Of a stretch of 64,000 nucleotides of DNA, positions 25,968 to 40,217 are shown piece by piece. Both the position numbers and the translations under genes were made by a program. This DNA comes from Oculina patagonica. Its lineage: Eukaryota. The stretch covers positions 12,772,001-12,836,000 of the forward strand of contig NC_135758.1 of the NCBI RefSeq assembly GCF_052425735.1, written 5' to 3'. The notes under the pieces are model-generated. The model made no database searches and was not told the DNA's origin. It saw only the letters and a list, made by a program, of their open reading frames with translations. The number at the start of each line of letters is the position of its first letter. The first letter of the stretch is position 1.

Positions 25968-28867
25968 TCTTGTGAAACCGAGATCTCAACACAGATGATA
26001 AATACACAACAAGCGGTGAATCCCAATATTTTATCAGCGGCAGAAAATGTCAACAAACTCAACGCCGATTTTTCGCTAGTTCTTTTCCAACCAGTGCCTC
26101 TCCGTTGCCTCGGCGCAAATCAACGAGATGATTGTTAAAATCGTCCGAGGCAACAACGACATCAGATGTTATTTATGTTGATTTTTGATAACACGATTCC
26201 CTCGCGAGAATATACGTGTATTGTGGTCTTGTGGATAGACGGTCGAAAATTAATTAATAATTGCATGGAAATTAACGAGCTTATCTAGCTTTCTGATTTA
26301 GTGAATTTGGTAAACAACAACTCGAACTCTCTATGAAAAAAGGAACCCCCAGATTTCAAGATAAAATCGTTTGATAATTCTCGGTTGTTCTAGACAGGAG
26401 CTTTTTTCCTGTTTGACGGCAATAGATGATAACGGGAAAAGGGAAATGTTTAAAATTGCCAAAAAACAATGCGTCCCCACTTGTAAAATTACTTTTTGTT
26501 CTCCGATTGTTCCCAACAAATGAGTTTGTTCCTATAAAATATAAAGGAATCGTGTGAGGCTATTTTGGAGGGTTCGTGATTTACATTTTTATTGCCAGAT
26601 ATTTGCGTTATTGGCGATATGCCATTGAAACCATTAGTTAGAAAGTAAGAACGTCAAGTTTATTCATTCTTCTGAGAAATGCACCTTAAAAGGTGAAGAG
26701 TTAAAGACTAAACATCTTCGTTTTTCATCTTGTCTTCTTTATTATTTCCTTATCGTTACTCAAACTGTAGAAAATAACAACGCCGCTGATACGCGGCCTT
26801 ATCTCCCAGTTAATAAGCTTAAGTCATTAGTCATGTATCGATTTAACAGCCGTCCTGCTCTCTCACTTCTCGCTTAATTGATAAGCCTGCTACTTAGCTC
26901 AGGCCGCATACAGATATAATTACTTGGATATTCAGCACGTGCATGGTACATTAATCCGTATCACGTGATAAAAAGACGTGTTCTGATTGGTTCTCTAAGT
27001 TATCCGAATTTGCCAATTTGCGGATTGTCAAAACGAACCAAAGTGTCGTCGTGCCTTTTTTAATTATCTTGCAAAAGAAAACAATTTTTCGGTTTAGAAG
27101 AAGCCTTTTTCCGCTATGTCTGGGAGACAAAATTTGGTTATCCCTTTACGAAAGTAGCTTAAAAGTGCATGTATGTGTTTAACTTTATCATGCGTGTTTG
27201 CCTATATTGAATGTTTTGTTCATTCTTGCTGAATTGGACTCTGGTCCTTTTTCACAAGCTTTAGGATGGACCTTGTTTTCGCTTTCACGCGATTCGCTGG
27301 TTCCATAAACTTAGCAAAACAAGAACTTCATCAATATTTCCCTTATACGGACCTTGCCTAGTTGAAGCACACAAACTATATACACTTATCACATCACACA
27401 GTAACGTTGACCATGTAGCACAGAAAATACCTATTATACAACCCGACGAATCTGCCTTCGAAACGAGGTTTTGTATTCTCGTGATCGCTAAATATCGAAC
27501 TGAAAACTGTCGTGGTTTTAGTTTTGGAAAAAAGATTGATAGCGGTTTACACCAACCTTAACCTTGAATTGGCAAGTTTGATAAAAGGAATTGAAGTTCA
27601 GTTTCCATACTTAATTTGTATTTTCGAGAGAAAATGCAGCAGTTTAGAGACAACACTGCTCGCAAAATGGCAGCAAGATTTGTTAATAGTATAAAACATT
27701 TGGCTAATAGTAGTTTTTTTTATTTGTATAATGTATAATTTGCTCCTCCCCAATGTTTGCGGCAGACCGCTGCAGTTTCAATCTACTTGTATTTTGCTGT
27801 TTTTATGTTGCAGTTGGAAAAATTCCTTATTCTATGTCAAGATGGTTTGCCTTAAAATTTTATCTTAGAATGTTTCTTTATTGATTTTTTACCCATAATA
27901 TTTTCTTTCACACAAATTAGGACTTTGATTTTAAGACTCGCCCACTACTTGAGCTTCCACTGTTTTTTTTTTTATTTTTGGCTTCTAAATCTACTCAGGC
28001 TCTGTATATCCGGATATAGCTGTTATGGCTCATTTGGCAGGCAAATAATATATGCAATAGTTCTCGTAAGACTGGCTACATAAAGTAAATGGCAAAATGA
28101 TAAATGTAATTAGTGAAAAATGAGCTTTTATGATTCTGACACTGATTTATCAGTAAAGCCCCTTTTTAAACACATTAAAATTCAAAGGCTTTTGATCAAA
28201 ATACAAATTCGAAGCAAAACATCCTGAAACTTCAACACAATAGTACTTTGAACAAATAGCTCACACAAAAAAGCTCCTTGCCTTTTGTATAGGTATTTAA
28301 AAAAAGTTTCCTTAACCGTTCAAAATATAATTTGAATTGACCTCATGGGAATACCACCCATCGCAACTTAAAAGAACTTCTTATCACCGAAAATCGCACA
28401 GTCAGAAAAACTCGACCGTTGATTGGATAGGAGGGGGGGGAAAGGGGAGAATAAACCCCTATCCCCCCCTTATAGAGGCGAACTATTTAGCAAGGAACTG
28501 TGATTTCCTATCTAGACGTCATTTGGAAGATATTACACCACTTTGGGTTTCTAACACTCTGTGGATTGTGAAAAGAAACCAAAAAAATGGTTTTAGAAAG
28601 CATTTAGTGATATCTGCAGAAAATGTCAGACAACCCAAAAGGAAAATATCTTGTCAGTTTCTGTATTTTGAAACTGAACTTGAACTTGGCAAAATTGGTG
28701 AATTCAAATGGTTTCCTGGCGAGTGCGTCATTGCGGCATGCCGAGAAAATAGGATTACTACTATCAAAGGCAAAATATGATTACAGTTATTTATTAATGC
28801 TTTGTGACTCACGAAAATTCACTGTCAGACTCAAAAAATCAGGGAGATAAGGCTTACTGTAACATAC

Positions 28868-29047
28868 CAGTAGCGCATCCAGACCTCCAGGTAAGTTGGG
28901 GCCCCGATCATCCAGACCCTGGAATAAGGGGAGGAGGGCACGTTCTCAAAAATAATTTTTTTGGACTTTTGGCCCTCAGTTTGGACTAAAAATAAGGTGG
29001 GCGGCCGCCCCTTCCCCCCCGGGCCGCTTTCCAAGATCCGCGACGGT
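28868..29047. mobile_element. Degenerate short MITE (CAGTGGCGGATCCAG-type termini)
   Basis: cagtagcgcatccag ... caagatccgcgacgg imperfect inverted ends around a GC-rich interior. Confidence 0.45.
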
Positions 29048-29983
29048 ATATCATGCATACAAAATTTGAGGCTCACAGATTTTGACTGACTTCTTTTTCG
29101 TTCTAAACGCGTAGATTCGAATACCCGTGACTCGCGTGACACTGATCACGCAACTCTGGGCTACATCCAAGCGAGAACCCGCGCAATCTTTGCGTGTATT
29201 CGCCCGGTTTTGTTATATTGTAGATGGCGCAATTTGTTCTAAAAAAAGCAAAATTGTCCCATATCATAGGTCTGCGTGTACCCCGCGCTTATGGTCTCCA
29301 TCCCCGATTGTGGCTCCTGGTTAAACTCAACGAGAAATTGCCGTGTAGAACTAAAACCAAAATACCCCAGGACAGTTAGAAAGGACTAATACAAAGTATA
29401 AACAAAAGAGACAAATTATATTTGATGTGTTCTATTAAATTTAGTAAACAAAAATCTTTACATTCTTTTAAAACAAAGGGCCAGTGTAAACAATCACAAG
29501 ACAGTTTCTCACATTTGCTATATATTGGTATATCAGATGTAACGCTACAAGGTAATTCACTTTTTTGCTGAACAATCATTGAACCAGAAGTTGTCAGCTA
29601 CTTATATTTACTTTTTATTGTTTTTACAAATTTCCTAAAAATTATAAAATCCACGCCTTCGCTTATGCATGCATTGCGTGCCGTTTTTTTCACAGACCAA
29701 CGTACACATATTAAACAGCATGACCTGTATACACCTAATTCAAGAAAAGTTGACCCGTAAAAAGCATAAACCATGAACGATACGATCGTATGGCATTCTG
29801 GGTAGATAGCATTGGCAAGCTGAGTAATATTCCATTTATTAATAATCAAGATGTTTTCTTCTTTTGGAGCCTTAGAGTGTAATTTATACAACTTGTCGCA
29901 TCATACTGTTTATCCTGCCACAAACGGGGATTTTTTTCCGATTTCCAAGTAAACATTTTGGTCGCATCGTTCATGATTCATGC

Positions 29984-30610
29984 CAGGGGGAGGGGAAGAA
30001 AGTTGGCACTTTTCTTTGAATACATAGCAGTGCCGGAAAACGGTGCGAGCCTATGTCAATCAAGCCGTTGCTAAGAAAGACGTCACACCAAAGTTTTGTT
30101 TCCTCAGAAAGATTTAAATATCAATGACTGCGTACGTGTCAAATTCGAATAGTCGCGGTGTTTGCGTTTGATGTTTTACGCCCGCCGCTGAGATGTTTTG
30201 GCATTTTCTGCGAGATTTCTCACCTAATGTCTCACGTCACTGAGAATGTTTTTGCGGCGTGGAATAACAAGCGAAAAATTTGTCACGGTTGAAATTTAAC
30301 AACCAAAAAATGGGAGTTATTTTTAATTAGTATAATTCACAAGCCTTACTTTTGCCAGACTGGTCACCGTTATTAATATTTGTTGTTTTGATGTCCGGAA
30401 GACTTTAAAGGAGCAATCAAAATGCAAATAGCTATTGTGTTTGTGCACGGTCAAGACCAAATCATGCGAACTAAACAATGAACTTTGTCAAGCTATTCAC
30501 TACGCCCTTAGCAACCACTCGATAACTACTGCGCAGTCTCGGTTGCCCGGCACAGCTATGATTACTTTTTGAGTCGACGGTAACAAAGGAAGTTCCCCCC
30601 CCCCCCCCTG
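29984..30610. mobile_element. hAT-like non-autonomous element (copy 1; copy 2 at 53178-53761)
   Basis: CAGGGGG...CCCCCTG termini and an 8-bp TSD ATTCATGC/ATTTATGC; interior clearly homologous to 53178-53761. Confidence 0.75.
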
Positions 30611-31364
30611 ATTTATGCTTTTCACAGGTCAACGATTCTTCAATCAAGTATATAATACTGTAATTGGCGTTATTTATGATAACAGGGCATCAATATTTAT
30701 TAATTAGACAAACCTTCACATTGAGATCAATTCTCTAAAATTTTTCAATTTGCATACATTTAATGTTTTAGCTTAACAATGTTTAGTGCATTATTCATAT
30801 TAAACACCTGAATAAGTGTATTCTGTGAAAAACAAATTGCAGATGATGATGGCAAATGCATGTAAGGTGATTCCTTAGCATTGCATTGCATTGCATTGCA
30901 TTGCTCATAATTTCACACAAGTAACACGACAACTTTACCATCTCGTAAACAGGTCTGGTGATCTACGCAATTTTTCTCGATTTTGATTATAGCAATCACT
31001 TTCTGTAAAAAACGAATTGAGACCAATTTTTACTGCAGAAGAGTAAATAACCACCAGAAAGGTGAACTTAACTAGTGCTCCTTAAAATATAATCGTGGTC
31101 TCATGCAACTACACTGCAGGCTAGCAACAAGTTTAATCAATGTCCAAAGAAAATATTTCACTTTATCATGAAACAATCATCTATAAACGTTTCTGGAAGC
31201 TAATATCGTATGAAATATGGGGTAATATGGGGGTATATGAAACGTAATATAAAACGTCATCTGTCCCTAAATGAATACTGGTACCCCTCTTTATTTTTCA
31301 AACTTAACTTCAAAATAGCCGAAGAAGACCTATTAAAAGTTCTACTGCAGTGAAATGACGTTAA

Positions 31365-31757
31365 GGTGGGCGTAAATGTGAATTTTAAGGGCTTTAAAGA
31401 TGGGATAGAAAAAAGAAAATTATTTTTGAAACACCACCAGACAGTTGGCCCCCACTCAAGAGCACCCCAGGTTGTTTTCGTGTCCGTCTACTAATTTTAA
31501 AATTCTAATTCTAATTTTAAAGCTACATTAAATCATCAATATTTCATTTCTTTCTCTAAACTTTACAATTTCTTGGAGAAAAACTATTTCCTCTAAAAAA
31601 TCCCCCCAAATCACTCAAAACTTTACAAATCACCAAAAAACAAAGATTTAAGCGGTAAGCAGAGAGATTTTTCGCTACTTGAAATGTTAACGACATTTTA
31701 CCAGTACAGTCAACCCGTGTAAAGCGGCACAAAATGGTATTCATGTGTATTCCCGCC
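31365..31757. mobile_element. TTAA-type MITE, inverted copy of 12679-13068
   Basis: TTAA|GGTGGG ... CCCGCC|CTAA; not seen in the paralogous 3' flank at ~48430. Confidence 0.55.
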
Positions 31758-32700
31758 CTAAGGGGCACTATAATAACGCTGTGATACTAATAAAACCATT
31801 AAACCTATTTATTTTGCAACTATAATATTAAAACAGAATGCACAAGCAAATTTGAGCCGCCATGAATTCGCTTTTCATATCTTTACCTGGTTGTAGTAAT
31901 CAACCAAGCTGGTAAACAAACTTCAATGCATTCTGTCCAAATAATTAAAGGGCATATGTCTATAAGGATCTATTCACCTGTCAAGGTAAAGCAACAAAAC
32001 CTGAAGTCTCTTCAACTTAAATAATAATGAACGAGCTATGGGTTCTATTTTTGGCAACACAGACAAATATAAACTCCAAGGTAAACAACAAGACCCACTA
32101 CTTCAGCCTAAGTTTTAAAATGCACCACAAATAACTGCTAGAACTAACAAATAATTCACCTAAAACTCCAGGTGAACTTGTACGGTTCAATATTCTTTAA
32201 AAGCTGCCAGCAATCAACATCTAACTTACCATTGGATCATTAAACCAAATTCTGGTATTGTCATCAGCTGCATCAAAACGGGTCTACAGTCTCCTCTGTA
32301 AGATCTTTTATCCCAGAATACGACCTGTACAAACTAGGGATATAAACTTAAATCATCTTACCTCAGTCCACACCAGTCGATGGCACGTTGAATTTAGCAA
32401 GTCACACTTGAAACTTCTGCTTGATGTACAACTTTTCATCAAGCAGCTGCTATAAAAATGGACCCTTTCGAAGGAAAAGGTTGTCTGCGACGAATTAATT
32501 CGAATTGGTTGAATTATTTTGTTATTTTGCTTTGATTGGCACTTCAATGGGACTGATGTTGACTAAGTCGTTTAAAGTTTATATTGACTACATACTAAGA
32601 AAACTAAGTTATATGTACTGTCTGTTGATGGCAATTCTAAAAACCTTTATATCCTTCTTGCATTTTGAGAGAAATTCTGAGCTTTAACAGTCATAAGCGC

Positions 32701-34854
32701 CTAGTGTGTCAATGACGTCAGGTACAAATTCAATGCCAAGTCACCACCTGCTTTATAAGCATTGAAAGTTCCTCTACATTTAGGACACTTGGCTTTCCGA
32801 AAATTGCCAGAATAATCAACCACCAATGATTCAACAGCACACAAGGGACACTTGTATTTCGCCACCTGAATTCCTTTTAGTGATCGTATCAATTTGGCAG
32901 CAACCTCAGCACCATGTTGGCCGTACGCTTTTCTTTCTTCCGAACTCAAGCTGTTCAAAGTCCAAAACACGTCCACAAATTTTAGGCCAAGGACATCAGA
33001 ATTCTGCACCCTGAAGAACCCATTGTCTGCCCAGTCATCCCCCCATGAATTCATCAGACGTAAGCTCTCCGCGTCATAACTTGTGAGAACTACTGCATGG
33101 CCGCCTGGTTTGCTTGCTGAGTGATGCTTCAAATCGAGGTAGGCTCTTGTAAGGATTCCTTTTGGATTCTCTTCATAGAACTTGGAGAACTGATCCCACT
33201 GGGCTCCAGTCAGATGAAATGTGACAACCACTGGTCTCTTTGCAGAGACGGCTTTCATAGCACCAACAGCATCAACCTTTTTGCATTGCAGACGATATCT
33301 TGGACAAATTTCCTTGAGAACTTTAATGGTTCGGGCTCCATCTTCTCCATATTCAGCAATCAATTTCTCTCGTAACTCAAAGAAATCTGGATAACCACCA
33401 TCTCGCCCAATGATGCGCTTCATGGCCAGGTGTAGAACAGCAGCAGATGCATTTGCATAACAGGTACCTCCATGTTGCTTTTTTGCACCAAACCCTTCAC
33501 TTGCCTGGTTGATATAAATATCCAGATCAACTGAGGAGAGAATATCTGAAAGGGCATCTTGACTCAGGACTCCGTTCTTGGCCATGTCACAGACATCTTT
33601 GATGATTTCTGGATTGTTCACTTGAAAGAAGAGTCTGGTTTCATTGTTGTCAATATCGATCTTCCATCCTCTCTTCACAAACATGGTGCGTGGTATCTCC
33701 TGAGTTGTGATGGTGGAGCTCATTCTGAACATGAACTTTGCTGGCTCTTCCCAACTTTCGTCTGGAATGCTGTACAAATGACGAGGATCTGATAGCCTTT
33801 GGTCTGTAATGAAACAACTCACAATGGCAACTCCCAGATCAGACAACTCTTGGAGTGGTGGTTTGTTTCCATCAGACGGCTGACCATCGGAGAGAATAAA
33901 AAGAAGTTTCAGATGATTTGCAAACTCTGGGTTGGAAAACAGTTTCACTGAATCACGCATAGCTTGGATGAGCGGAGTCCCTCCATAAATGAAGGGTTCT
34001 ACAGCATTCAGCATCTCATCAACCCGTTTATCAGTTAGGTCTTGATCACCGATACTGGCATGTAATATTTCTGATGCATTGTGAACACTCCTAATTGCAG
34101 CTTTGCTGACACCCACCATTTCTACAACGGCTTTCATGGTTTCAGCCACAAGTTGTTTGTTGACACCCGCCATTTCTACAGAGGCTCTTATGGTCTCAGC
34201 CACAAGTCGTTCACCCTTCATAATCGCTTCTCTGATTGCATCTTCTGTCCCTGCTTGCACATGTTCACCACAACCTGGAACAAAGCCCGCCATGAAAACC
34301 AAACCATCATTAAAGGTTAATTCGCGACATTCTCTAGGAAGACAATCTTCAACAAACTTTTCAGTAAAATAAGGACTTTTTTGTAGAAAATGAAGTATCG
34401 CAGCAGCAGTACTCTCATCAACAACTTTGAGCAAGATATCCATTTCTGCCCATTTGCGAACTCTCGATGCTCCATTTCTTTCAAGAATAGCCAAGGCTTC
34501 ATTCAGAATTGATTCTGTGCTTCTCTTTGATCTCAAATCTTCTATGGAGGATTGATCATCTTGCGCTTTTTCAACGGTGCTCTTGCTGCTACTTGATCTC
34601 AGTTCTCCAATGGAGGATTGTTTCTCTTGTGCTTTATCAACAGTGCTTAACAAATCAAAGACTTCAGGATGAGAAGGACTACCAAAAGCCAAAGCAAAGG
34701 TCTGATTTGATGATGAGACATCATGCTTGATCAATTCATCAACCACTTTGAAGATAGACCTTACCCAACTCCCACCTTCCACACCCGTCCCGTCACCAAC
34801 ACTGTTTCTCATGGAGCCAGACACATCCACCAAAATGCCTATCAGGGTCGGCAT
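32701..34854 (-). CDS. vWA-domain + papain-like (C1) cysteine peptidase + C-terminal zinc-ribbon protein, paralog A (717 aa), single coding exon
   Basis: MIDAS DVSGS, GGTPL and LFILSDG. Catalytic QHGGTCYANA, GGHAVVLTSY, MNSWGDDWADNGFFRV. CPLC...CPKC at the C-terminus. Acceptor TTTTCAATTAG|GAACG-ATG. Confidence 0.92.
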   Translation of the reverse strand: MPTLIGILVDVSGSMRNSVGDGTGVEGGSWVRSIFKVVDELIKHDVSSSNQTFALAFGSPSHPEVFDLLSTVDKAQEKQSSIGELRSSSSKSTVEKAQDDQSSIEDLRSKRSTESILNEALAILERNGASRVRKWAEMDILLKVVDESTAAAILHFLQKSPYFTEKFVEDCLPRECRELTFNDGLVFMAGFVPGCGEHVQAGTEDAIREAIMKGERLVAETIRASVEMAGVNKQLVAETMKAVVEMVGVSKAAIRSVHNASEILHASIGDQDLTDKRVDEMLNAVEPFIYGGTPLIQAMRDSVKLFSNPEFANHLKLLFILSDGQPSDGNKPPLQELSDLGVAIVSCFITDQRLSDPRHLYSIPDESWEEPAKFMFRMSSTITTQEIPRTMFVKRGWKIDIDNNETRLFFQVNNPEIIKDVCDMAKNGVLSQDALSDILSSVDLDIYINQASEGFGAKKQHGGTCYANASAAVLHLAMKRIIGRDGGYPDFFELREKLIAEYGEDGARTIKVLKEICPRYRLQCKKVDAVGAMKAVSAKRPVVVTFHLTGAQWDQFSKFYEENPKGILTRAYLDLKHHSASKPGGHAVVLTSYDAESLRLMNSWGDDWADNGFFRVQNSDVLGLKFVDVFWTLNSLSSEERKAYGQHGAEVAAKLIRSLKGIQVAKYKCPLCAVESLVVDYSGNFRKAKCPKCRGTFNAYKAGGDLALNLYLTSLTH

Positions 34855-36989
34855 CGTTCCTAATTGAAAAATATTAATAAAATGTATTGATTTCTAATAA
34901 TAATAATAATAATACTAATAAGATTAACAAGAGAAAAACATATTGTAAAACAACACATATAGATACATACAATTTTTTACGACAGATTTACGATACTGGA
35001 TAGCGCTTTAGAACGCCATGCGCGCTATTTTCGTCTTAACTATCTGTCCTAGTACGCAACAGACCGTTGAAACGAAAATCACACGAATGGCTTTCTAAAG
35101 CATTAGAATGACAAAAAAGTGACACCAGGTGAGATTTTAAGTTTTATTATAGCTTTTCAATGGCTGTAAGAGATATTTTTCCCAACTTTATTTAAAATCC
35201 ATACAAGCTCTTCCTATAGCACATCCATACAAACTGTCATAGTACGCTTTGGGTACCTGTGGACTCGCTTACAAAAGTGCAAGATTTTCATTTCACTTAA
35301 AAAATTATGTGAATGGCAGGAGGCTTGTTTTAGTTAAGGAGCATGTTCATTTCCAAACAAGGTGACATCTCATAGTCTGTGCAAATTGCAAGTTATTATA
35401 AATGCAGGAATAAAAGATGATGTAAACAAGATCCACTGTTCTGACATGTTTCATGAACATTCGTTTCAATTGTTAACTTTTAAATAATTTCTCCCAAATT
35501 TATTGCTGTAAATTTACTAAAAATTCCATTCAATTGATTGAAATTTTATTTTCCAGACTCCAGCATTTCTGCTACCTTAGTGATCAAAGATCCGGGCACA
35601 ACAAAGATTGCCCTAATCATGCAGCATACAAATGCAAATGTTAGAGCACATGCCTTTATCAAAATAAGTCGACTTAACATTTGGCGAGATCAATAATGTA
35701 TTTGCTGACTCAAAACTTGACAAAAGTTGTGAAGAATATGGGGATACCACTGAAAGACTGCAAACAAGAGAATAAAAAAGCTTCCAAACAAAAGAGAAAT
35801 CATTAATATATACAAGATTCAAGAAAGAAGGGATGTTGAAAATTTTAATCACACAAGTTTCTGTATGTCTATCTTTTATACGTTTTTCTAAGAAACATGT
35901 GTCAATACATGTACAAAAACAACTTTCAAAATCTATAAATGAAAACCAGACATACAAATATGACATGTACAGGTGGCAAAAAGTGGCAAAAGAGTGATCA
36001 TTATTACAATTCTTAGAAAGAAGGCATGTTGAAAATTCCAACCATAATAAGTCATGCAGAACTGGCATCAATGTCTTTTACTAAGGAAATGCGTTACAAA
36101 ACAACATCCAGTTGGGCTCTTAGTCTCCTCTTGCCAAGCACATTGGTATAATAATTAACAGAAATATACATGTTCAGCAAAAACAAATTCTTGATTATGT
36201 GTGAAATTACAAATGGCAAAATGAAATAAGTAGCCATGACTCTGTGTGCGGACCTTCATCTCCCTAGTTATTCTTAGAAAGATGGGAAGTTGAAACTCCA
36301 AAAAGTACGCCTAACTTTTAGGCATGTCTGTATAAAAACGAGCGCCCTGCGATCTGTCAGACAGAATTCGAAGATTTCATTTCAGTTAAGATTTAGTATA
36401 AAATGCAGAAATGCAGTGGGGCTTTTTCGTCCACAATAACTAAGCATGTGAAACGCATCGTAACATAAATAAATCTAGTTTACGTTCAATCAATCAATCA
36501 TTTTTTATGCTCTTAGGACTACAAGCTCATTGGTATAATAAAAGAAATATAGACATGTTTAGCAAAAATATTCTCGTTGTTTTTAATGCCTCGCTAAGTA
36601 AAATTATAGCTCGCACACAAATTAAATGGCAAAATAGATTAAGTAGCCATGACTCTGTGTGAAGACCTTCACCTCCTTAAAATTCCTAGAAAGATGGGAA
36701 GTTGTAACTCTAAGTGCGTCTATCTTTTAGGCGTTTATGAATAAAATGAGCGCCCTGCAATCTGTGAAAGAGAAGTTTTATTTCAGTTAAGATTTGGTAT
36801 AAAATGACTTGCCTGAATAAGACATGCTCAAATTTTACATGTAAGCTTGACATGACTGCTCATGGTTCAAGTAATACGAGATCTCAAAAACCGAAAAACC
36901 CTTCCCTTCCCGGGAACCTTCATGTAGCAAATCAAAGCTATAAAGAGGAAAAATCTCGTTTGTGAATAACATCTCAGCAACTTACGATC

Positions 36990-37380
36990 TACAGTACAGC
37001 CCCGATAACTCGAACTCTGAAGGGAAACAAAAAACAGTTCGAGTTAGCGGGGTTTTGAGTTATCGCGGTCGATTTAATATTTAATTTGCAAAGTTAATAA
37101 TTGATAGTTTACTGATTGTTCAGCACTTTTCAGTATACAGTACAATGTAAGTTGAATTTATCCCTCCAGAAACTCTAACACGACCATACATTATTATGAT
37201 AAGAGTGCAAAATGGCTGTCAAATACGTGATCTGTTCGTTGCTCTAATCAATGGGCAACCGTGGCGAGTTGCAAGAACTAAAATTCGAGTTATAGGGGAA
37301 AATTGATCCAAATGGTTATCAAGTGAAACGAAATTTAGTTCAAGAGGGCGGATTGTTCGAGTTATCCGAGTTCGAGCAAT
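36990..37380. mobile_element. Degenerate Tc1/mariner-like MITE (GATAACTCGAAC / GTTCGAGTTATC modules); copies at ~39270-39665, 42205-42595 and 44485-44880
   Basis: TACAGTA..CGATAACTCGAAC at the left and GTTCGAGTTATCCGAGTTCGAG at the right. Confidence 0.55.
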
Positions 37381-37915
37381 TGGTTGCAAGTAAATTTTCA
37401 CTAGCTCTTTGCAATTCACGAGAAAATATGTGCACAAACGAACAAAACCTAACAATGTTGACATTTGCGATCCCGAAATAAACATTCGGATGAATTTCGG
37501 AGACAACACTGATCAGATTAACGCCTTATTACAGCAAATTTTGATGAAGTCAACATTTATTTCCTTGTTCGAACAAAACTTGGGGCTTTTTGCATTGGTG
37601 ACCAAATTGGTCAGAAACCGTGAGTTCAACGGAAGCAAACCAAATAACAGTGAGGTTAAACCATAGACGTTTTTTATACACATGCTAAGCCGAATTTTCG
37701 CCAAAACATCAATATATAAAAGCTCAGTCGATTGCTTTTCCTTCTCATTGTTAAAAGTGAAAGTGCGCCACAAACAAGAATTTTAACTTCCGCTTTCCCT
37801 CCGTGGCTTACAAATTTTCGTTTTTACGTTCCTTAATGCAAACCTAACACAAGAAATGAGTCTGACTATCTCTAATAAGTTACATCAGTGCTTAAAAAAA
37901 TTTACATTTGTATTT

Positions 37916-38040
37916 GCTTACCTGGAAACTATAAACGCTATATCCTTCCAACCTCTTGGGTTGTTTACAGCCGATATTTTAAATCATCACTGCACGTAAA
38001 AGAAAGTTGGACACCAGTCACGTGTCAGTTGTTCACCAAT
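37916..38040 (-). promoter_or_regulatory. Putative promoter + non-coding first exon cassette A1
   Basis: CCAAT 38036-38040; GTCACGTG 38017-38024 (11-nt gap); donor CAG|GTAAGC at 37921-37916. Confidence 0.6.
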
Positions 38041-40217
38041 GTTACATTAAAATTACAATTGCCGAAATGTGCCTCAAAACTCAACAAAAGTTGTCAAAAA
38101 TATGGGAATACCACTGAAAGACTGCTGACAAGAGAATAGAAAAGCTTCCATACAACAGAGAAATCCTTTAATGTATACAAGACATACAGCAAACTACAAT
38201 CACTGCCCATAACCCTTTTGACCCCAATTTCCGAGTCAATTCCAAGAAAGAAGGAATAATGAAAATTGCAATCACACAAGTTTCTGCATGTCTATCCTTA
38301 TACCTTTTTCTAAGAAAGATGTGTCTACCTTCAATACCTTTTACTAAGAAAATGAGTTACAAAAAACAAAAAAGGTTTAGATCTGCAAAGATATACAATG
38401 GACGAGCACATTGGTAAAATAATTAACAGAAATAGACATGTTTAGCAAAAGATCTGTTGTTCATAATGAATAAAATGACAAATGACAAAAAACCTTTATC
38501 TCCCTAATAAATCTTAGAAAGATGGGAATTTAAAACTCTAAAAAGTACGTCTAACTTTTAGGCATTTCAGTATGAAAATGAGCGCATGGCAATCTGTCAG
38601 ACAGAAGATTTCATTTCAGTCAAGATTTACTACAAAATGCAGAAATGCAGTGGGGCTTTTCGTCCACAATATCTAAGTATGTAAAACACGTCGTAAAAAA
38701 AAAATTACGTTCAATCAATCAATCAATCTGCATTTTTGGTGCTGGAATTTCCTATGGCCAAGCTCATTGGTATAATAATGAGACATGTTTAACAGAAATA
38801 TTCTTGTTGCTTTTAATGCCTCGCTAAATATAATCATAGGTAACACAAAAATTAAATGACAAATGACAAAATACCACAAACAGCCATTACTCTGCGTGAG
38901 GACCTTAACCTCTCTATAATTCCTAGAAAGATGGGAAGTTGTAACCCTAAGTGCGTCTATCTTTTAGGCGATTTTGTATGAAATGAGCGCCCTGTAATCT
39001 GCCAGACAAAAAGTTTCATTTCAGTAAAGATTTAGTATAAAATGCAGAAATGCAACAGAATGCCCAAAGTCACTTGCTGAATAAGACATGCTCAAATTTT
39101 ACATGTAGGCTTAACATGACTGCACAAGGTTCAATTATAAAAACATTTTCAAAGTTATTAAATACATTGTAAATGCAAAAAACCCTTCCTGGCAACCTTC
39201 AAGTAGCAAATCAAAGCTATAAGGTTGCAAATATCTGGTTTGTGAATAACATCTCAGAAACTTGTGATGTACAGTACTGCCTCGATAACTCGAACTAGAT
39301 CTGAAGGAAAACAAAAACCCGTTCGAGTTAGCGAGTTTTCGAGATATCGAGGTCGATTGAATATTTAAAAATTTGCAAAGTTAATAACTGATACTTTACT
39401 GGTTTTCAGCACTTCTCAGTATGATGTACAGTGCAAATTTAACATATCTTGCCTAGATCTGTAACACGACTATGCATTCTTATGAAATGAGTGGAAAATT
39501 CACTGTCAAATACGTGATCTGTTCGTTTCTCTAATCAATGGGCAACCGTGGCGAGTTGCAAGAACCGGAATTCCAGTTATCGGGGTAAATTTGACCCAAA
39601 TATTGATCAAGAGAAACGAAATTTAGTTCGAGTGGGCGGGGTGTTAAAGTTATCCGAGTTCGAGCAATTGGTTGCAACTAAGTTATTACTAACTCTTTGC
39701 AATTCACGAGAAGATATGTGCACAAACAAACGCAACCTAGCAATGTTGACATTTGCTTCCAGTAGAGCTGCAAGTTTATACAAAAGGCATCCTTGAGACA
39801 ACTAAACCTTCAGATAAATTTCGGAGGATCAAAAAAACACCTTATTGCTGCAAATTTCGATGAAGTAAACATTTGCTTTCTTTTTCGAACGAAACCTGGG
39901 GCTTTTTGGCAACCACAATGGTCAGAATAGAAACCGTATTTTAACCAATGCAAACCACATAACAGTGAGCTTAAAACATAGACCTTTTGTATTCACCTCC
40001 TAAGTCAACTTTTCGTCAAGAACATCCGGATCAAACGCTTAAACGATTGCTTTTCTTTCTTATTGTTTAAAGTAAAAGTGCGCAACAAACAAGAATTTTC
40101 CGGTTTCTGTTTGTGTCTTAAAAATCTTTTCGTTGTTACGTCCCTAAATACAAACCTACACAAGGAATGAGTCTAACTCGATTTTAGTTGCATCCTAAAA
40201 CAGCTACATTTGTATTT

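Noticed and set aside
32701-34854. vWA-peptidase ORFs as bacterial contamination or recent horizontal transfer because the CDS is intronless
   Set aside because: They have a spliceosomal acceptor before the ATG, are embedded among host MITEs and were co-duplicated with UBAP1 sequence. Ancient transfer cannot be judged without a phylogeny.
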